Shown in pieces: positions 52,599-62,936 of a DNA stretch of 64,000 bases. The position numbers and the translations under genes are program-made. Below the pieces are notes generated by a model that was given only the letters and a program-made list of their open reading frames with translations, ran no database searches and was not told the origin of the DNA. The first letter of the stretch is position 1; every line of letters begins with the position of its first letter. Origin of the DNA: Acidobacteriota bacterium (GTDB taxonomy: Bacteria > Acidobacteriota > CAIWXX01); the NCBI GenBank assembly GCA_040755995.1, contig JBFMAF010000028.1, positions 32,001 through 96,000 on the forward strand. Reading direction: 5' to 3'.

Positions 52599-54611
52599 AT
52601 GCTGAATCACCGCCGCTGCGATCTGTTGCTTTCACCGATTCGTGTCAAGTGTGTCGAGCTTCGGAACCGCATCGTGATGCCGGCGATGCACCTGCCGCAG
52701 CCGAGCGGCCGGAGGCCCAGTCTCGATCTGACGGCGTTCTACGAGGAGCGCGCCCGGGGCGGCGTCGCGCTCATCATGATCGGCGGATGCGGAATCGACA
52801 TGTGCGGGAGCGGCCCATACATGCTCGGGATCGATTCGGACGAGTTCCGGAGCGACTACGAGCGATTGAACGGCGCGATCAAGGCGCACGGCGCCGCAAG
52901 CGGAATTCAGCTCTTCCACGCCGGCCGCTATGCGCGTAGTGCCGACACGGGGGAGAAACCCGTCGCGCCGTCCCCAGTGCGGTCGCGGCTGACGGGGGAG
53001 ACGCCGCGCGAGCTGACGCAGCCGGAAATCGAGGAGATCGTTAGGAGCTTCGCGGCGGCCGCCGGAAGGGTCCGGGCGTGGGGATTCGACGTGGTCGAGG
53101 TGATCGCATCCGCGGGCTATCTGGTCTCGCAGTTCCTTTCCCCGCTGACCAATCACCGTACGGATGCGTACGGGGGCTCGCTGGAGGCGCGAGCGAGGTT
53201 CATGGTGGAGGTGATCGGGGCGGTGCGTCGGGCCGCTGGCGATGAGACTCCGATCATGCTCAGGCTCTCCGGCAGCGATTTCGTAGAGGGCGGCAACACG
53301 CTCAAGGACACGGTGCGGATCGCCCGGATCGCAGCGCAGGCAGGTGTCGACGTGCTGAACGTGACCGGCGGCTGGCACGAGACCCGCGTCCCGCAGATCT
53401 CCGGCTTCGTTCCTCCGAAGGGCTTTTCATACCTCGCGCGCGCCATCCGCGAGGCCGTGGCGGACCTCGGCGTCCTCGTAGCGGCATCGAATCGCATCAA
53501 CGATCCGCTCGTGGCCGAGGAGCTGCTCCGGGGCGGCGAGTGCGACCTGGTCAGCATGGGACGCGCTCTCATCGCGGATCCCGCGCTTCCCAGGAAGGCG
53601 ACGACTGGCGAGACCCTGATCCCGTGTATCGCCTGCAACCAGAGCTGTTTTGACCACCTCTTCGACCACCAGCCCGCGCACTGCCTGGTCAACCCTCGGG
53701 CGGGTCGCGAGCTAGCGGCGGTGGCCGGCGCTGCTCCGCGACGCAAGTGCGTCGCCGTCGTAGGAGGCGGTCCGGCTGGGTGCACGGCCGCGATTACCGC
53801 GGCCGAGCGCGGCCATCGCGTCGTGCTGTTCGAGACAGATGCGCTGGGCGGCAAAGCGCGGATGTGTGCCAGGAGTTACGGCAAGCACGAGTGGCGCAGG
53901 TTGCCGGAGTACTACGAGGCGCGCGTGGCCGAGCTCGGTATCGAGCTGCGCAGCGGGCGCGATGCCGCCGTCGATGAGATCCTCGGTGTCTCACCTGACG
54001 CCGTCGTCCTGGCGACCGGTTCGATCCCCGCTACCCCGCCCATCCCCGGGGCTGACCTTCCACTCGTCACGACCGCGGAGGCGGTTCTCAGCGGACGCAC
54101 GCAGACGGGCCGGAATGTCGTCGTCGTCGGAGGCGCGGCCGTGGGGTGCGAAGTCGCGCTCGAGCTTGCGATCGAGGGTGCGGCAACGCCCGATGAGATC
54201 TACTTCCTGCTCGTAAACGGAGCCGAGGACTACGAGTCGCTACGCTGCCTCGCCTTTCGCGGCACGAACTCCGTCACGATGATCGAGATGCTCTCGACGA
54301 TGGGCCAGGGCATCGGCCGGTCGACGAAGTGGACGTACATGGAGGAGCTCAAGCGGCGCGGCGTGCGGATGCTGACCAACACGAAGGCAGTTGTGATCGA
54401 GCCCGATGGCGTCGTGATCGAGACGCGCGGTGAGACTCAGAAGCTGCCGGCAGACACCGTAGTCATGGCCACCGGCTACGTGCCCGACAGCGGCCTTGCT
54501 GCTGCGCTCGCTGGCAAGGTGCCCGAGCTTCACGTGATCGGCGACTCGTTCAAAGTCGGTGACGCCGAAGCAGCCATCCTGCACGGATTCGAGATCGGAA
54601 GCCGCCTGTAG
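52599..54611 (+). CDS. fadH: 2,4-dienoyl-CoA reductase-like (Old Yellow Enzyme + 4Fe-4S + FAD domain)
   Basis: LRNRIVMPAMH, QL.HAGRY, GYL.SQFLSP.TN.RTD.YGG, CIACNQ.C...C.VNP, GGGPAG. Confidence 0.85.
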   Translation: MLNHRRCDLLLSPIRVKCVELRNRIVMPAMHLPQPSGRRPSLDLTAFYEERARGGVALIMIGGCGIDMCGSGPYMLGIDSDEFRSDYERLNGAIKAHGAASGIQLFHAGRYARSADTGEKPVAPSPVRSRLTGETPRELTQPEIEEIVRSFAAAAGRVRAWGFDVVEVIASAGYLVSQFLSPLTNHRTDAYGGSLEARARFMVEVIGAVRRAAGDETPIMLRLSGSDFVEGGNTLKDTVRIARIAAQAGVDVLNVTGGWHETRVPQISGFVPPKGFSYLARAIREAVADLGVLVAASNRINDPLVAEELLRGGECDLVSMGRALIADPALPRKATTGETLIPCIACNQSCFDHLFDHQPAHCLVNPRAGRELAAVAGAAPRRKCVAVVGGGPAGCTAAITAAERGHRVVLFETDALGGKARMCARSYGKHEWRRLPEYYEARVAELGIELRSGRDAAVDEILGVSPDAVVLATGSIPATPPIPGADLPLVTTAEAVLSGRTQTGRNVVVVGGAAVGCEVALELAIEGAATPDEIYFLLVNGAEDYESLRCLAFRGTNSVTMIEMLSTMGQGIGRSTKWTYMEELKRRGVRMLTNTKAVVIEPDGVVIETRGETQKLPADTVVMATGYVPDSGLAAALAGKVPELHVIGDSFKVGDAEAAILHGFEIGSRL

Positions 54612-54770
54612 CTGCTCGCCGCATCCTCCTCGATTCCGATCCTCTCCGTCTCAACGCGTTTCCCCGTCTCCTGTTCTCCGATTCCCCGTTTCTCCGGTTC
54701 TCCCCGTCTCCGCGTCCCCGCGTCTGCCGGTCGCCGTGCACCAGCCCAGCTCTTGGAGCAGCCTCTCCTG

Positions 54771-55517
54771 CTACTTGTGCCTCTCGTCGAGCATCCGCAC
54801 GCTCTCCATTATCAGCTCACCCGCCGGGAGAGCCACAACCGAGGCCGGCGGTACATCGTCAACGTAGGTCTCGATCCTGAAGGCAGCGCCCTCCCACAAT
54901 AGCATCTGGTAGAAAAGCCTCGGGTCGAACACTCCGTCGACGCTGATCCCCTGGATGATCCCGTCCTTCACATATATCTTTCCGGCGTTGCCCGATCTCT
55001 GGACGCTTATCAGTGCGCTCCTCCGATTCATCTCCAGCACCTGGATGATGTCGATCAAGCTGAGGTGACCGAGCGTGCCGGCGACCCCGTCGTGGGAAGG
55101 CGAGAGAAGGCTGGCGCGACCTCGATGATGTTCCAGGCATTTCTCGAGGCGCGCCAGCAGCTCGTCGTGGTGAAACGGCTTGGCAATGAAGTCGTCCGCG
55201 CCCATGCGCAGGCCCCTTACTCGATCCGGAGGCGACGCCACATTCGTAAGGAAGATGAACGGAACGCCGCTGGTCTCAGGCCGCAGCCGCGCCTTCTGGA
55301 AGAACTCCCACCCGCTCATCTCGGGCATCTGGATGTCCGAAATGATGAGGTCCGGCACTGAGCTCACGAGAAGAGCAAGGGCGCGCTCGGCGGATGCGGC
55401 CGTCGCGACCTCGTATCCGCGGCGGAGCAGGATCATCGTGAGCAGGTGCAGCATGGCTGCATCATCGTCGACGACCAGAATCTTCTTTCGCTTCCCCGGC
55501 TGGCTAGTTTCGGCCAC
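54771..55517 (-). CDS. Response regulator with DUF4388-like output domain
   Basis: ILVVDD, SDIQMPEMSG, KPF; GTLGHLSLIDIIQVL....RS. Confidence 0.85.
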   Translation of the reverse strand: MAETSQPGKRKKILVVDDDAAMLHLLTMILLRRGYEVATAASAERALALLVSSVPDLIISDIQMPEMSGWEFFQKARLRPETSGVPFIFLTNVASPPDRVRGLRMGADDFIAKPFHHDELLARLEKCLEHHRGRASLLSPSHDGVAGTLGHLSLIDIIQVLEMNRRSALISVQRSGNAGKIYVKDGIIQGISVDGVFDPRLFYQMLLWEGAAFRIETYVDDVPPASVVALPAGELIMESVRMLDERHK

Positions 55518-55549
55518 GACGTCTCCTCGCGATGGACATCAGTATATCA

Positions 55550-57277
55550 TCAGCCCCGCTTCTCGGGGAACAACTCCTGAAGCGACTTCGGATCCGGTTT
55601 CGGTGTGGCCAGAGAGACCACGAAGAGCGCCAGAACCGAAACAGCCAGCGAAGGATAGATGCTGGGAACACCCCACGGATCCTGCGACCCCGCCGGCCCC
55701 TTCATTACCTGCGGGAACAGGTTCGGGATCACCAGCTCGAGAAGCAGTGCCATCACAGCGCCGCTGATGATCGAGACGACGCCGCCGGCGCGGGTGGCGC
55801 GCTTCCACGCGAGAGCCGCCAGCAGCGCCGGTGTTATGGCCACCCCGTACATCGTGTAGGCGAAGTAGCTGTACCTCAGAACGGAGATCCTCGCGTGCAT
55901 CACCGTCGGTATGAAGATCATCAGGAAGGCACAGAGACCGACGATCACCACGAACACCTTCTGCAGGGCGACCATCCGTCCCGGAGGTGGGTTCGGATTG
56001 ATGAAGCGCTGGTAGATGTCGCGCATGATGTTGGTCGTCGGAGACAACAAGTAGTTCATGCCCGTGGATAGAACGACGGCGCAGGCCGCCGCCAGCAGCA
56101 GCACACCGAATACGAGCTGGACGCCGCCCCGCGAGGCGATGTTCTCGGCGCTGACGAGCACGACGGAGGCAGGGTCGCGCCCGATGCGCTCGGCTTCGCG
56201 CACGAAGTTTGCAGGATCAGCGAGCAACGGCTGCACCTCCGTCCTGAGCTGCTGGGTCAGGCCCGCCGCGTGTTCGCTCTTGACCTGCCCGTTGGCCACC
56301 CTTTCCCGAACCAGCGCGTCCGCGCGGGCCGGCGCTCCGGCCACATCGAGCCTCCCCTCCCGCACCTCCGCGGCCAACTGCCTGCCGAGGTCGAACACCT
56401 GGATGCTGTGCCAGTTCGCGCTCGCACCGTAGATTGCGATCGCCACGACCAGCGTCTCGACCAGGATCGTTCCGACGATCCAGAGCGCCACGGCCTGCTT
56501 GGCCTCCTTGGGCGACCTTGCGCTGTAGAACTTCTGGTACATGCTCTGCACACCCATGAGCAGCATCATCGTGGCGAGAAAATAGCTGCCGGCCTTGAGC
56601 AGCGGGTGTTCGCCGAAGTCCTGGCTGAAGGGCTGGAAGTGGCCGTCCGGCAGAACCGCGTGGGGGCTGTCCCAGCCGCCGGCGAAGGCGATCGCAAATG
56701 GCACAGCGGCGATGCACGCCACGACGATGATGATGCCGTTGGGCAGGTCCGTGTGGGCGACGGCGACCATGCCTCCGAGGGCCGTGAACAGGATGACGAA
56801 GGTCGCCGTGATCGCCTGCCCCCACTCAACCGAGACGACACCGTTTGTCACAACGTTGAGGATGTAGCCGCCGGCACGAAACTGGTAGCTGACGATCGTC
56901 GTGAACGCGATGACCAGGGCGATCGCGCCGAAGACGCGCGCAAACTTCCCATAGCGCACCTCGAGGATGTCGCCGATGGTGTACTGGCCGAAAGTGCGGA
57001 TCTTCCCGGCGAGGAAGTAGATCACGGCGATCCCGAACCAGGCTCCGGCCGGCAGCCACAGGCTGCTCCACCCGGCCCTCGCCGCATACTCCGCCCCGGC
57101 AATGAACGTGCCGGACCCGATCCATGTGCAGATCAGGGTGAACACCATGATCCGCAGACTCAGCGTGCGGCCCGCCACCATGAAGTCCTCGTGGCTCTTG
57201 ATCTGGCGGGACCTATAGAAGTTGAACGCCATCAGAACGAGCAGATAGCCCAGGATCAGGTACAGGTACACATACAT
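55550..57277 (-). CDS. Sodium:solute symporter family protein
   Basis: DFMVAGR.L, TWIGSG, LE.RYG, TALGGM.AVA.TD, W.RAT..G. Confidence 0.9.
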   Translation of the reverse strand: MYVYLYLILGYLLVLMAFNFYRSRQIKSHEDFMVAGRTLSLRIMVFTLICTWIGSGTFIAGAEYAARAGWSSLWLPAGAWFGIAVIYFLAGKIRTFGQYTIGDILEVRYGKFARVFGAIALVIAFTTIVSYQFRAGGYILNVVTNGVVSVEWGQAITATFVILFTALGGMVAVAHTDLPNGIIIVVACIAAVPFAIAFAGGWDSPHAVLPDGHFQPFSQDFGEHPLLKAGSYFLATMMLLMGVQSMYQKFYSARSPKEAKQAVALWIVGTILVETLVVAIAIYGASANWHSIQVFDLGRQLAAEVREGRLDVAGAPARADALVRERVANGQVKSEHAAGLTQQLRTEVQPLLADPANFVREAERIGRDPASVVLVSAENIASRGGVQLVFGVLLLAAACAVVLSTGMNYLLSPTTNIMRDIYQRFINPNPPPGRMVALQKVFVVIVGLCAFLMIFIPTVMHARISVLRYSYFAYTMYGVAITPALLAALAWKRATRAGGVVSIISGAVMALLLELVIPNLFPQVMKGPAGSQDPWGVPSIYPSLAVSVLALFVVSLATPKPDPKSLQELFPEKRG

Positions 57278-57334
57278 GATCTACCTCCAGTATTCGGTCA
57301 CTTGAGCAGCAGCGGTTTGGCTCTCGGAATGTCT

Positions 57335-57435
57335 CCCTCCACCGTCTCTCCGCGTCCGCGTCTCCGTCTCCGCGCTTCTCCGCTTCTCCCTTTCTCCGAT
57401 TCTCCGTTTCCCCGATTCTCCGTTTCCTTCTCCGA
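57335..57435 (+). repeat. Octamer tandem repeat (CCGCGTCT / CCGTTTCT-like); same family at 54630-54725, 59240-59310, and inverted at 6505-6545, 14058-14110, 50452-50475
   Basis: ccgcgtccgcgtctccgtctccgcgcttctccgcttctccctttctccgattctccgtttcc. Confidence 0.7.
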
Positions 57436-57478
57436 ACACAACGACGCCGGCTAATTGACGTTCACACGACGATGATGC

Positions 57479-58261
<783 letters not shown>

Positions 58262-58273
58262 GACGGCACCTCC

Positions 58274-59134
58274 CTACGCCTTCTTCGAGTAGTCGTAGAA
58301 CCCGCGTCCCGACTTCTTGCCGTACCAGCCGGCGAGCACCATGCGTTTGAGGAGCGGAGGCGGCGCGAACCGCTTCTCCTTGTATGCGTCGAACATGATG
58401 TTGGCGATGTAGTAGGTTGTGTCGAGGCCCACGAAGTCGAGCAGGGTGAACGGGCCCATGGGGTGGCCGCAGCCGAGGGTCATGCCCTTGTCGATATCAT
58501 CGACCGTTCCAACCCCCTCCTCGAGAGCCCGGATCGCATCGAGCAGATACGGGATGAGCAGGCGGTTGACGATGAAGCCGGGGCTGTCGTTGGCCGCGAT
58601 GGCCGTCTTGTTGAGTGTTGCGGCGAACTCCGCGGCCTCTTTGAACACTGCCTCATCCACCGTGATCGTTCTGACCAGCTCGACCAGCTTCATGATCGGC
58701 ACGGGATTGAAGAAGTGCATGCCGCAGAACCGCGCCGGACGGCCGCTGGCCACCGCCAGCTCGGTCATCGACAGCGACGAGGTGTTGCTGCAGAAGATTG
58801 TGGACTCCGGGCAAAGCCTGTTCAATGCCTGGAAGATCTCCGTCTTCACTTTGAGGTCCTCGGTGATGGCCTCGATGACGATGTCGCAATCGGCGAGCTC
58901 GTCCAGCGCCGTTGTGCCTCGCAGCCTGGACGTGGTGGCATCCCGATCCGCAGGGGTCATCTTGCCCTTTTCGACGCTCTTCCCGAGAAACGACGAGATC
59001 GACGACAGGCCCTTCTGCAGCAGCCCGTCGCTCACCTCACGCACGACCGTTTCGTACCCCGACTGCGCGCAGACCTGGGCAATTCCGGAACCCATGAGCC
59101 CGCATCCGATCACTCCGACTCTCTTGATTGCCAT
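58274..59134 (-). CDS. hbd: 3-hydroxybutyryl-CoA dehydrogenase
   Basis: GCGLMGSGIA, IEAI.E, SNTSS, GMHFFNP, PGFIVNR, HPMGP..L.D.VGLD. Confidence 0.92.
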   Translation of the reverse strand: MAIKRVGVIGCGLMGSGIAQVCAQSGYETVVREVSDGLLQKGLSSISSFLGKSVEKGKMTPADRDATTSRLRGTTALDELADCDIVIEAITEDLKVKTEIFQALNRLCPESTIFCSNTSSLSMTELAVASGRPARFCGMHFFNPVPIMKLVELVRTITVDEAVFKEAAEFAATLNKTAIAANDSPGFIVNRLLIPYLLDAIRALEEGVGTVDDIDKGMTLGCGHPMGPFTLLDFVGLDTTYYIANIMFDAYKEKRFAPPPLLKRMVLAGWYGKKSGRGFYDYSKKA

Positions 59135-59309
59135 ATTATTGCCTCCGTGGAATAACAGTTGCCGGTTGTCAGTTGATAGTTGTCAATTGCCGGGACGAAA
59201 CGCCACAGGACAACGCCGAGACCGATCCACCGCTGCGGGGTCCGTTCTCCGTGTCACCGCGTCTCCCCTTCTCCGTGTCTCCATGTCTCCGTGTCACCGC
59301 TTCTCCGCG

Positions 59310-59822
59310 TCAGATACGCTGGCCGCCCGTGATGCGCCGCCGGGCGTAGTCCTCGAGGCCTCCGGTCAGGATCAAGGTCTTGACGAAGTCGTGGATCGGC
59401 GTGCAGTGGAAGCCGCGCATCTTGGAGACGTTGCGCACGAGCCCCTGGTCGGGATCGACCTCGACCAGCTCCCCCGTCTTGATTCCGTATTGCACCGCCA
59501 GCACCTCGAGCACGGGGAGGCCGATGTTTACGGCGTTCCGGTAGAAGAACCTGTCGAACGAGTCGGCCAGAACAGCTCGAATCCCGGCCCACTTGATCAC
59601 GAGCGCCGCTATCTCGCGCGGGCTACCGCAGCCGAAGCCGTGTCCGCCGACGATGATGTCTCCCTTCTTCATCCGTTTCGCGAACTCGGGGTCGGCGCCC
59701 TCCATCAGGTGCGGCACCAGGTCCTCGGGCTTCCTCGACAGGCAGTATCTGGCGGGAAGGATCTGCTCGGTGTCTATGTAGTTGCCGTACGCGTGGGCGG
59801 TCGCGCGGAACTTCATCAGCAT
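59310..59822 (-). CDS. Aconitase-family dehydratase small subunit (LeuD/HacB-like, divergent)
   Basis: IDTEQILPARY, FGCGSPRE, SF.R.FYRNA.N.GL. Confidence 0.85.
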   Translation of the reverse strand: MLMKFRATAHAYGNYIDTEQILPARYCLSRKPEDLVPHLMEGADPEFAKRMKKGDIIVGGHGFGCGSPREIAALVIKWAGIRAVLADSFDRFFYRNAVNIGLPVLEVLAVQYGIKTGELVEVDPDQGLVRNVSKMRGFHCTPIHDFVKTLILTGGLEDYARRRITGGQRI

Positions 59823-59834
59823 CTGTAGCCCCCT

Positions 59835-61100
59835 TCAGATAGAGACGCTTCGCGGATCGGCGACGAATCCCATCAGGGCAGATACCGCCGCCACCGCCGG
59901 CCCGGCGAGGTAGACCTGGCCGGCCGGGTCCCCCATGCATCCCGCCAGGCTGAAGGGCGCAGTCGTCACAGCGACTTCCCCGGCGGCCAGGGCGCCACCT
60001 TGCCCTCTGTTGCACGGTCCGCAGCCCGGAGGCAACACCAGCGCGCCCGCGCCAACGAATGTCTGGATGAGCCCTTCCTCGATTGCCTGCTTCAGGGTGC
60101 CCGATGTGCCCGGGATCACGAGCATTCGCACCTGGCGGTTCACCTTGTTTCCGCGCATGATCGCAGCGGCCTCGCGGAGGTCCTCGATCATGCCGTTCGA
60201 ACATGATCCGAGAACCACCTGGTCGATGCGGACTTTGTCGAGGGCGTCCACGGGCTTGACCTGTATCGGCCTCCCCGCAAGGGCGACCTGCGGAGCGAAT
60301 CCGCCAAGGTCATACCGGCGGGTCTCCTCATAGCGCGCATCGTGGTCCGCCTTGAACAGCCGGAGTGTTCGCCTGGCCCGAGGGCGGACCCACGATGCAG
60401 CGACGTCGTCGGCCTGTATGATTGCGTTCTTCGCCCCGGCCTCCACGGCCATCGCGCAGAGCGCCACCCGATGATGAACCGGCAGGCGCTCGATCGCGCT
60501 GCCGCAGAACTCGATCGCCTTGTAACGCGCCGCGTCGGGCCCGAGATCGCCGGCCAGCTTCAGTGCGAGGTCCTTTCCGCCGACCCACTGAGGCAACTCG
60601 CCCGAGAGCTCCACCTTCACCGTCTCCGGCACCTTCATCCAAGTCTCGCCGATCGCCCACGCAGCCGCAATGTCCTGGCTCCCGAATCCGGCCGCGAACA
60701 ACCCCAGCGCCCCCTGCGCACAGGTATGCTCATCCGCACCGATCACGACATCGCCGGGAACGGCCAGCCCCTCTTCGAGCATCAGCAGGTGGCCGACTCC
60801 TGATCGTCCAACCTCGAAGTAGTTCGCTATCCCCTGCTCCTCGGCGAATTTTCGCATGAGGGCGGCGGTTTCCGCCGCCTGCGCATCGCGCGCCGGGACC
60901 AGGTGATCGTGCACGAAAACCACGCGGTCCGGCTTGATGACAGTGCGGGCCCCGATTCTCTTGAAGCTCTCTATCGCATCCGGGGCCGATTCGTCAGTCA
61001 CCAGGATCGCGTCGGGCTTGATCAGGATGAACTGCCCCGGCTGGATCTCCTCGATCTCGGCGCGATCCGCCAGGATCTTCTCGGTCAACGTCCGGCCCAT
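59835..61100 (-). CDS. Aconitase-family dehydratase large subunit (LeuC/HacA-like, divergent)
   Basis: MG.TLTEKILA, DH, GADEHT, KVPET, GSCSNG, PGCGPC (three Fe-S Cys). Confidence 0.88.
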   Translation of the reverse strand: MGRTLTEKILADRAEIEEIQPGQFILIKPDAILVTDESAPDAIESFKRIGARTVIKPDRVVFVHDHLVPARDAQAAETAALMRKFAEEQGIANYFEVGRSGVGHLLMLEEGLAVPGDVVIGADEHTCAQGALGLFAAGFGSQDIAAAWAIGETWMKVPETVKVELSGELPQWVGGKDLALKLAGDLGPDAARYKAIEFCGSAIERLPVHHRVALCAMAVEAGAKNAIIQADDVAASWVRPRARRTLRLFKADHDARYEETRRYDLGGFAPQVALAGRPIQVKPVDALDKVRIDQVVLGSCSNGMIEDLREAAAIMRGNKVNRQVRMLVIPGTSGTLKQAIEEGLIQTFVGAGALVLPPGCGPCNRGQGGALAAGEVAVTTAPFSLAGCMGDPAGQVYLAGPAVAAVSALMGFVADPRSVSI

Positions 61101-61518
61101 ACGGTCACCTCGTATCAACGGCGGATCGACATGGCAAGCTGTGAGTCGCCCCTCGCGCTTCTGCAGCTGCTCATTGCCATCACCCTGTCTACACAATACA
61201 ACCAGGGAAGGCGGTTGGGCAAGACCGAATCTCACTCAATCGGCCACGCCGATCCAGCAGATCGTCCCTGTGCCCGAGCGCGAGGAGCGGAATAGGGTGG
61301 TCGGGCAGGGCGCGCGTCTGCACTGCAACCGGCGATCGTCATCCACGCGGGCACGCGACACCTGTCGGTCCGACGCCGCACCTCGCTCGATTGTTCCACG
61401 CTTTGCTAATACGCGCAGGCCGATCCCTCCATCCCTCCAGGTTGCCCTTGAGTCGCTATGCGGGAATTGCGTATCATAGGCGAGCCCTGCTTGCGGCATT
61501 ACTATCAAGGAGGCACTC

Positions 61519-62913
61519 ATGCCGGACCCAATCTTCCAGCGAATCAAGAAAGACAAGATCGAGTTCGTCGATTTGATGTACACGGATCTGCTGGGCGGCT
61601 GGCACCACCTGACGCTGCCGGCGGACCGATTCACTCCAGGCCTTTGCGAGAACGGTGTCGGGGTGGATGGGTCCTCGGTCACGGGCTTTCGAAAGACGAA
61701 GGCCGGCGACATGGTGCTCAAGCCGGATCTGGCGACTCATTTCGCGCACCCCTTTGCCGAGCATCGGACGCTCTGCGTACTGGGCGACCTGGTGGATGTG
61801 GGCGCAAGGGAGGGGTTCTCGCGCGACTCGCGGTACGTGGCGCGCAAGGCCGAACGCTACCTGAGCAGGATGCGTCGCGGCGAATCGAGCCTGTGGCTGC
61901 CGGAGCTGGAGTTCTATCTGTTCGACAGCGTGGCCGTCTGCGGGCGCCCGGGACACAGCCAGTTCACGATCATGTCGCGCGAGGCCGGTAATCCCGGCGG
62001 GGCGCCGGCTATCCCGGAGCACATGAGCGAGCGGCGCGGGTATCACGCAGCATCGCCCGAAGACCGCTTCGAGAACATTCGATCGACGATGTGCCGCTCG
62101 TTGATGGAGATCGGCATACCGGTCAAGTACCATCATCACGAGGTGGGCCCGGCGGGGCAGGTCGAGATCGAGTTGAATTTCATGCCGATACTCAAGGCGG
62201 GCGACAGCGTTGCACTCGCGAAATGGGTGATCCGGAACATCGCAGATCGCAACGGGCTCGTGGCCACATTCATGCCCAAGCCCATTTACGGCGAGGCCGG
62301 ATCCGGCATGCATTTCCATCAGTACCTGGTGAAGGGGTCGACGTCGTCGTTCTATGCGCCTCGAAAGGTGCTCTCCGAGGCCGGCCTGCATTACGTGGGC
62401 GGCCTGCTCGCGCACGGGCGCGCGCTGAGCGCCTTCGCCAGCCCGTCGACCAATTCGTACAAGCGCCTCGTGCCCGGATTCGAGGCCCCGGTCCGACTGG
62501 CATACTCCGTCGGGAATCGGACTGCAGCGATAAGGGTGCCTGGATATGCAATCACGCCCGAGAACTGCCGGATCGAGTACCGACCGCCCGACGCCACGTG
62601 CAACACGCACCTGACGCTGGCGGCGATGCTGATGGCGGGGCTCGACGGAATCAGGCGCAAGCTCGATCCCGGCTCTCCGCTTTCGGGCGATCTGTACGCG
62701 CTGCCCGAGGAGAAGTTGCGCGAGATTCCCGCCATGCCGCGGAGCCTGGGCGAGGCGCTGGAGGCGCTAGAGAAGGACCGCGACTTCCTGATGCAAGGCG
62801 GCGTCTTCACCGAAGACCTGCTGACTGCATGGACATCGCTGAAGCAGAACGAGGTAAGGGACCTGGCCGACCGGCCTCACCCTCGCGAGTTCGAGATGTA
62901 CTTGGGAATTTGA
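61519..62913 (+). CDS. glnA: Glutamine synthetase type I
   Basis: DGSS..GF, PELEFYLF, HHEV...GQ.EI, TFMPKP, GSGMH.H, NSYKRLVPGFEAP, NRTA.IR.P, IEYR.PD. Confidence 0.96.
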   Translation: MPDPIFQRIKKDKIEFVDLMYTDLLGGWHHLTLPADRFTPGLCENGVGVDGSSVTGFRKTKAGDMVLKPDLATHFAHPFAEHRTLCVLGDLVDVGAREGFSRDSRYVARKAERYLSRMRRGESSLWLPELEFYLFDSVAVCGRPGHSQFTIMSREAGNPGGAPAIPEHMSERRGYHAASPEDRFENIRSTMCRSLMEIGIPVKYHHHEVGPAGQVEIELNFMPILKAGDSVALAKWVIRNIADRNGLVATFMPKPIYGEAGSGMHFHQYLVKGSTSSFYAPRKVLSEAGLHYVGGLLAHGRALSAFASPSTNSYKRLVPGFEAPVRLAYSVGNRTAAIRVPGYAITPENCRIEYRPPDATCNTHLTLAAMLMAGLDGIRRKLDPGSPLSGDLYALPEEKLREIPAMPRSLGEALEALEKDRDFLMQGGVFTEDLLTAWTSLKQNEVRDLADRPHPREFEMYLGI

Positions 62914-62936
62914 CCGGGTGAACAAGGAGGACTCCC

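Noticed and set aside
57335..57435. Tandem repeats as CRISPR arrays
   Set aside because: Short degenerate units without unique spacers.
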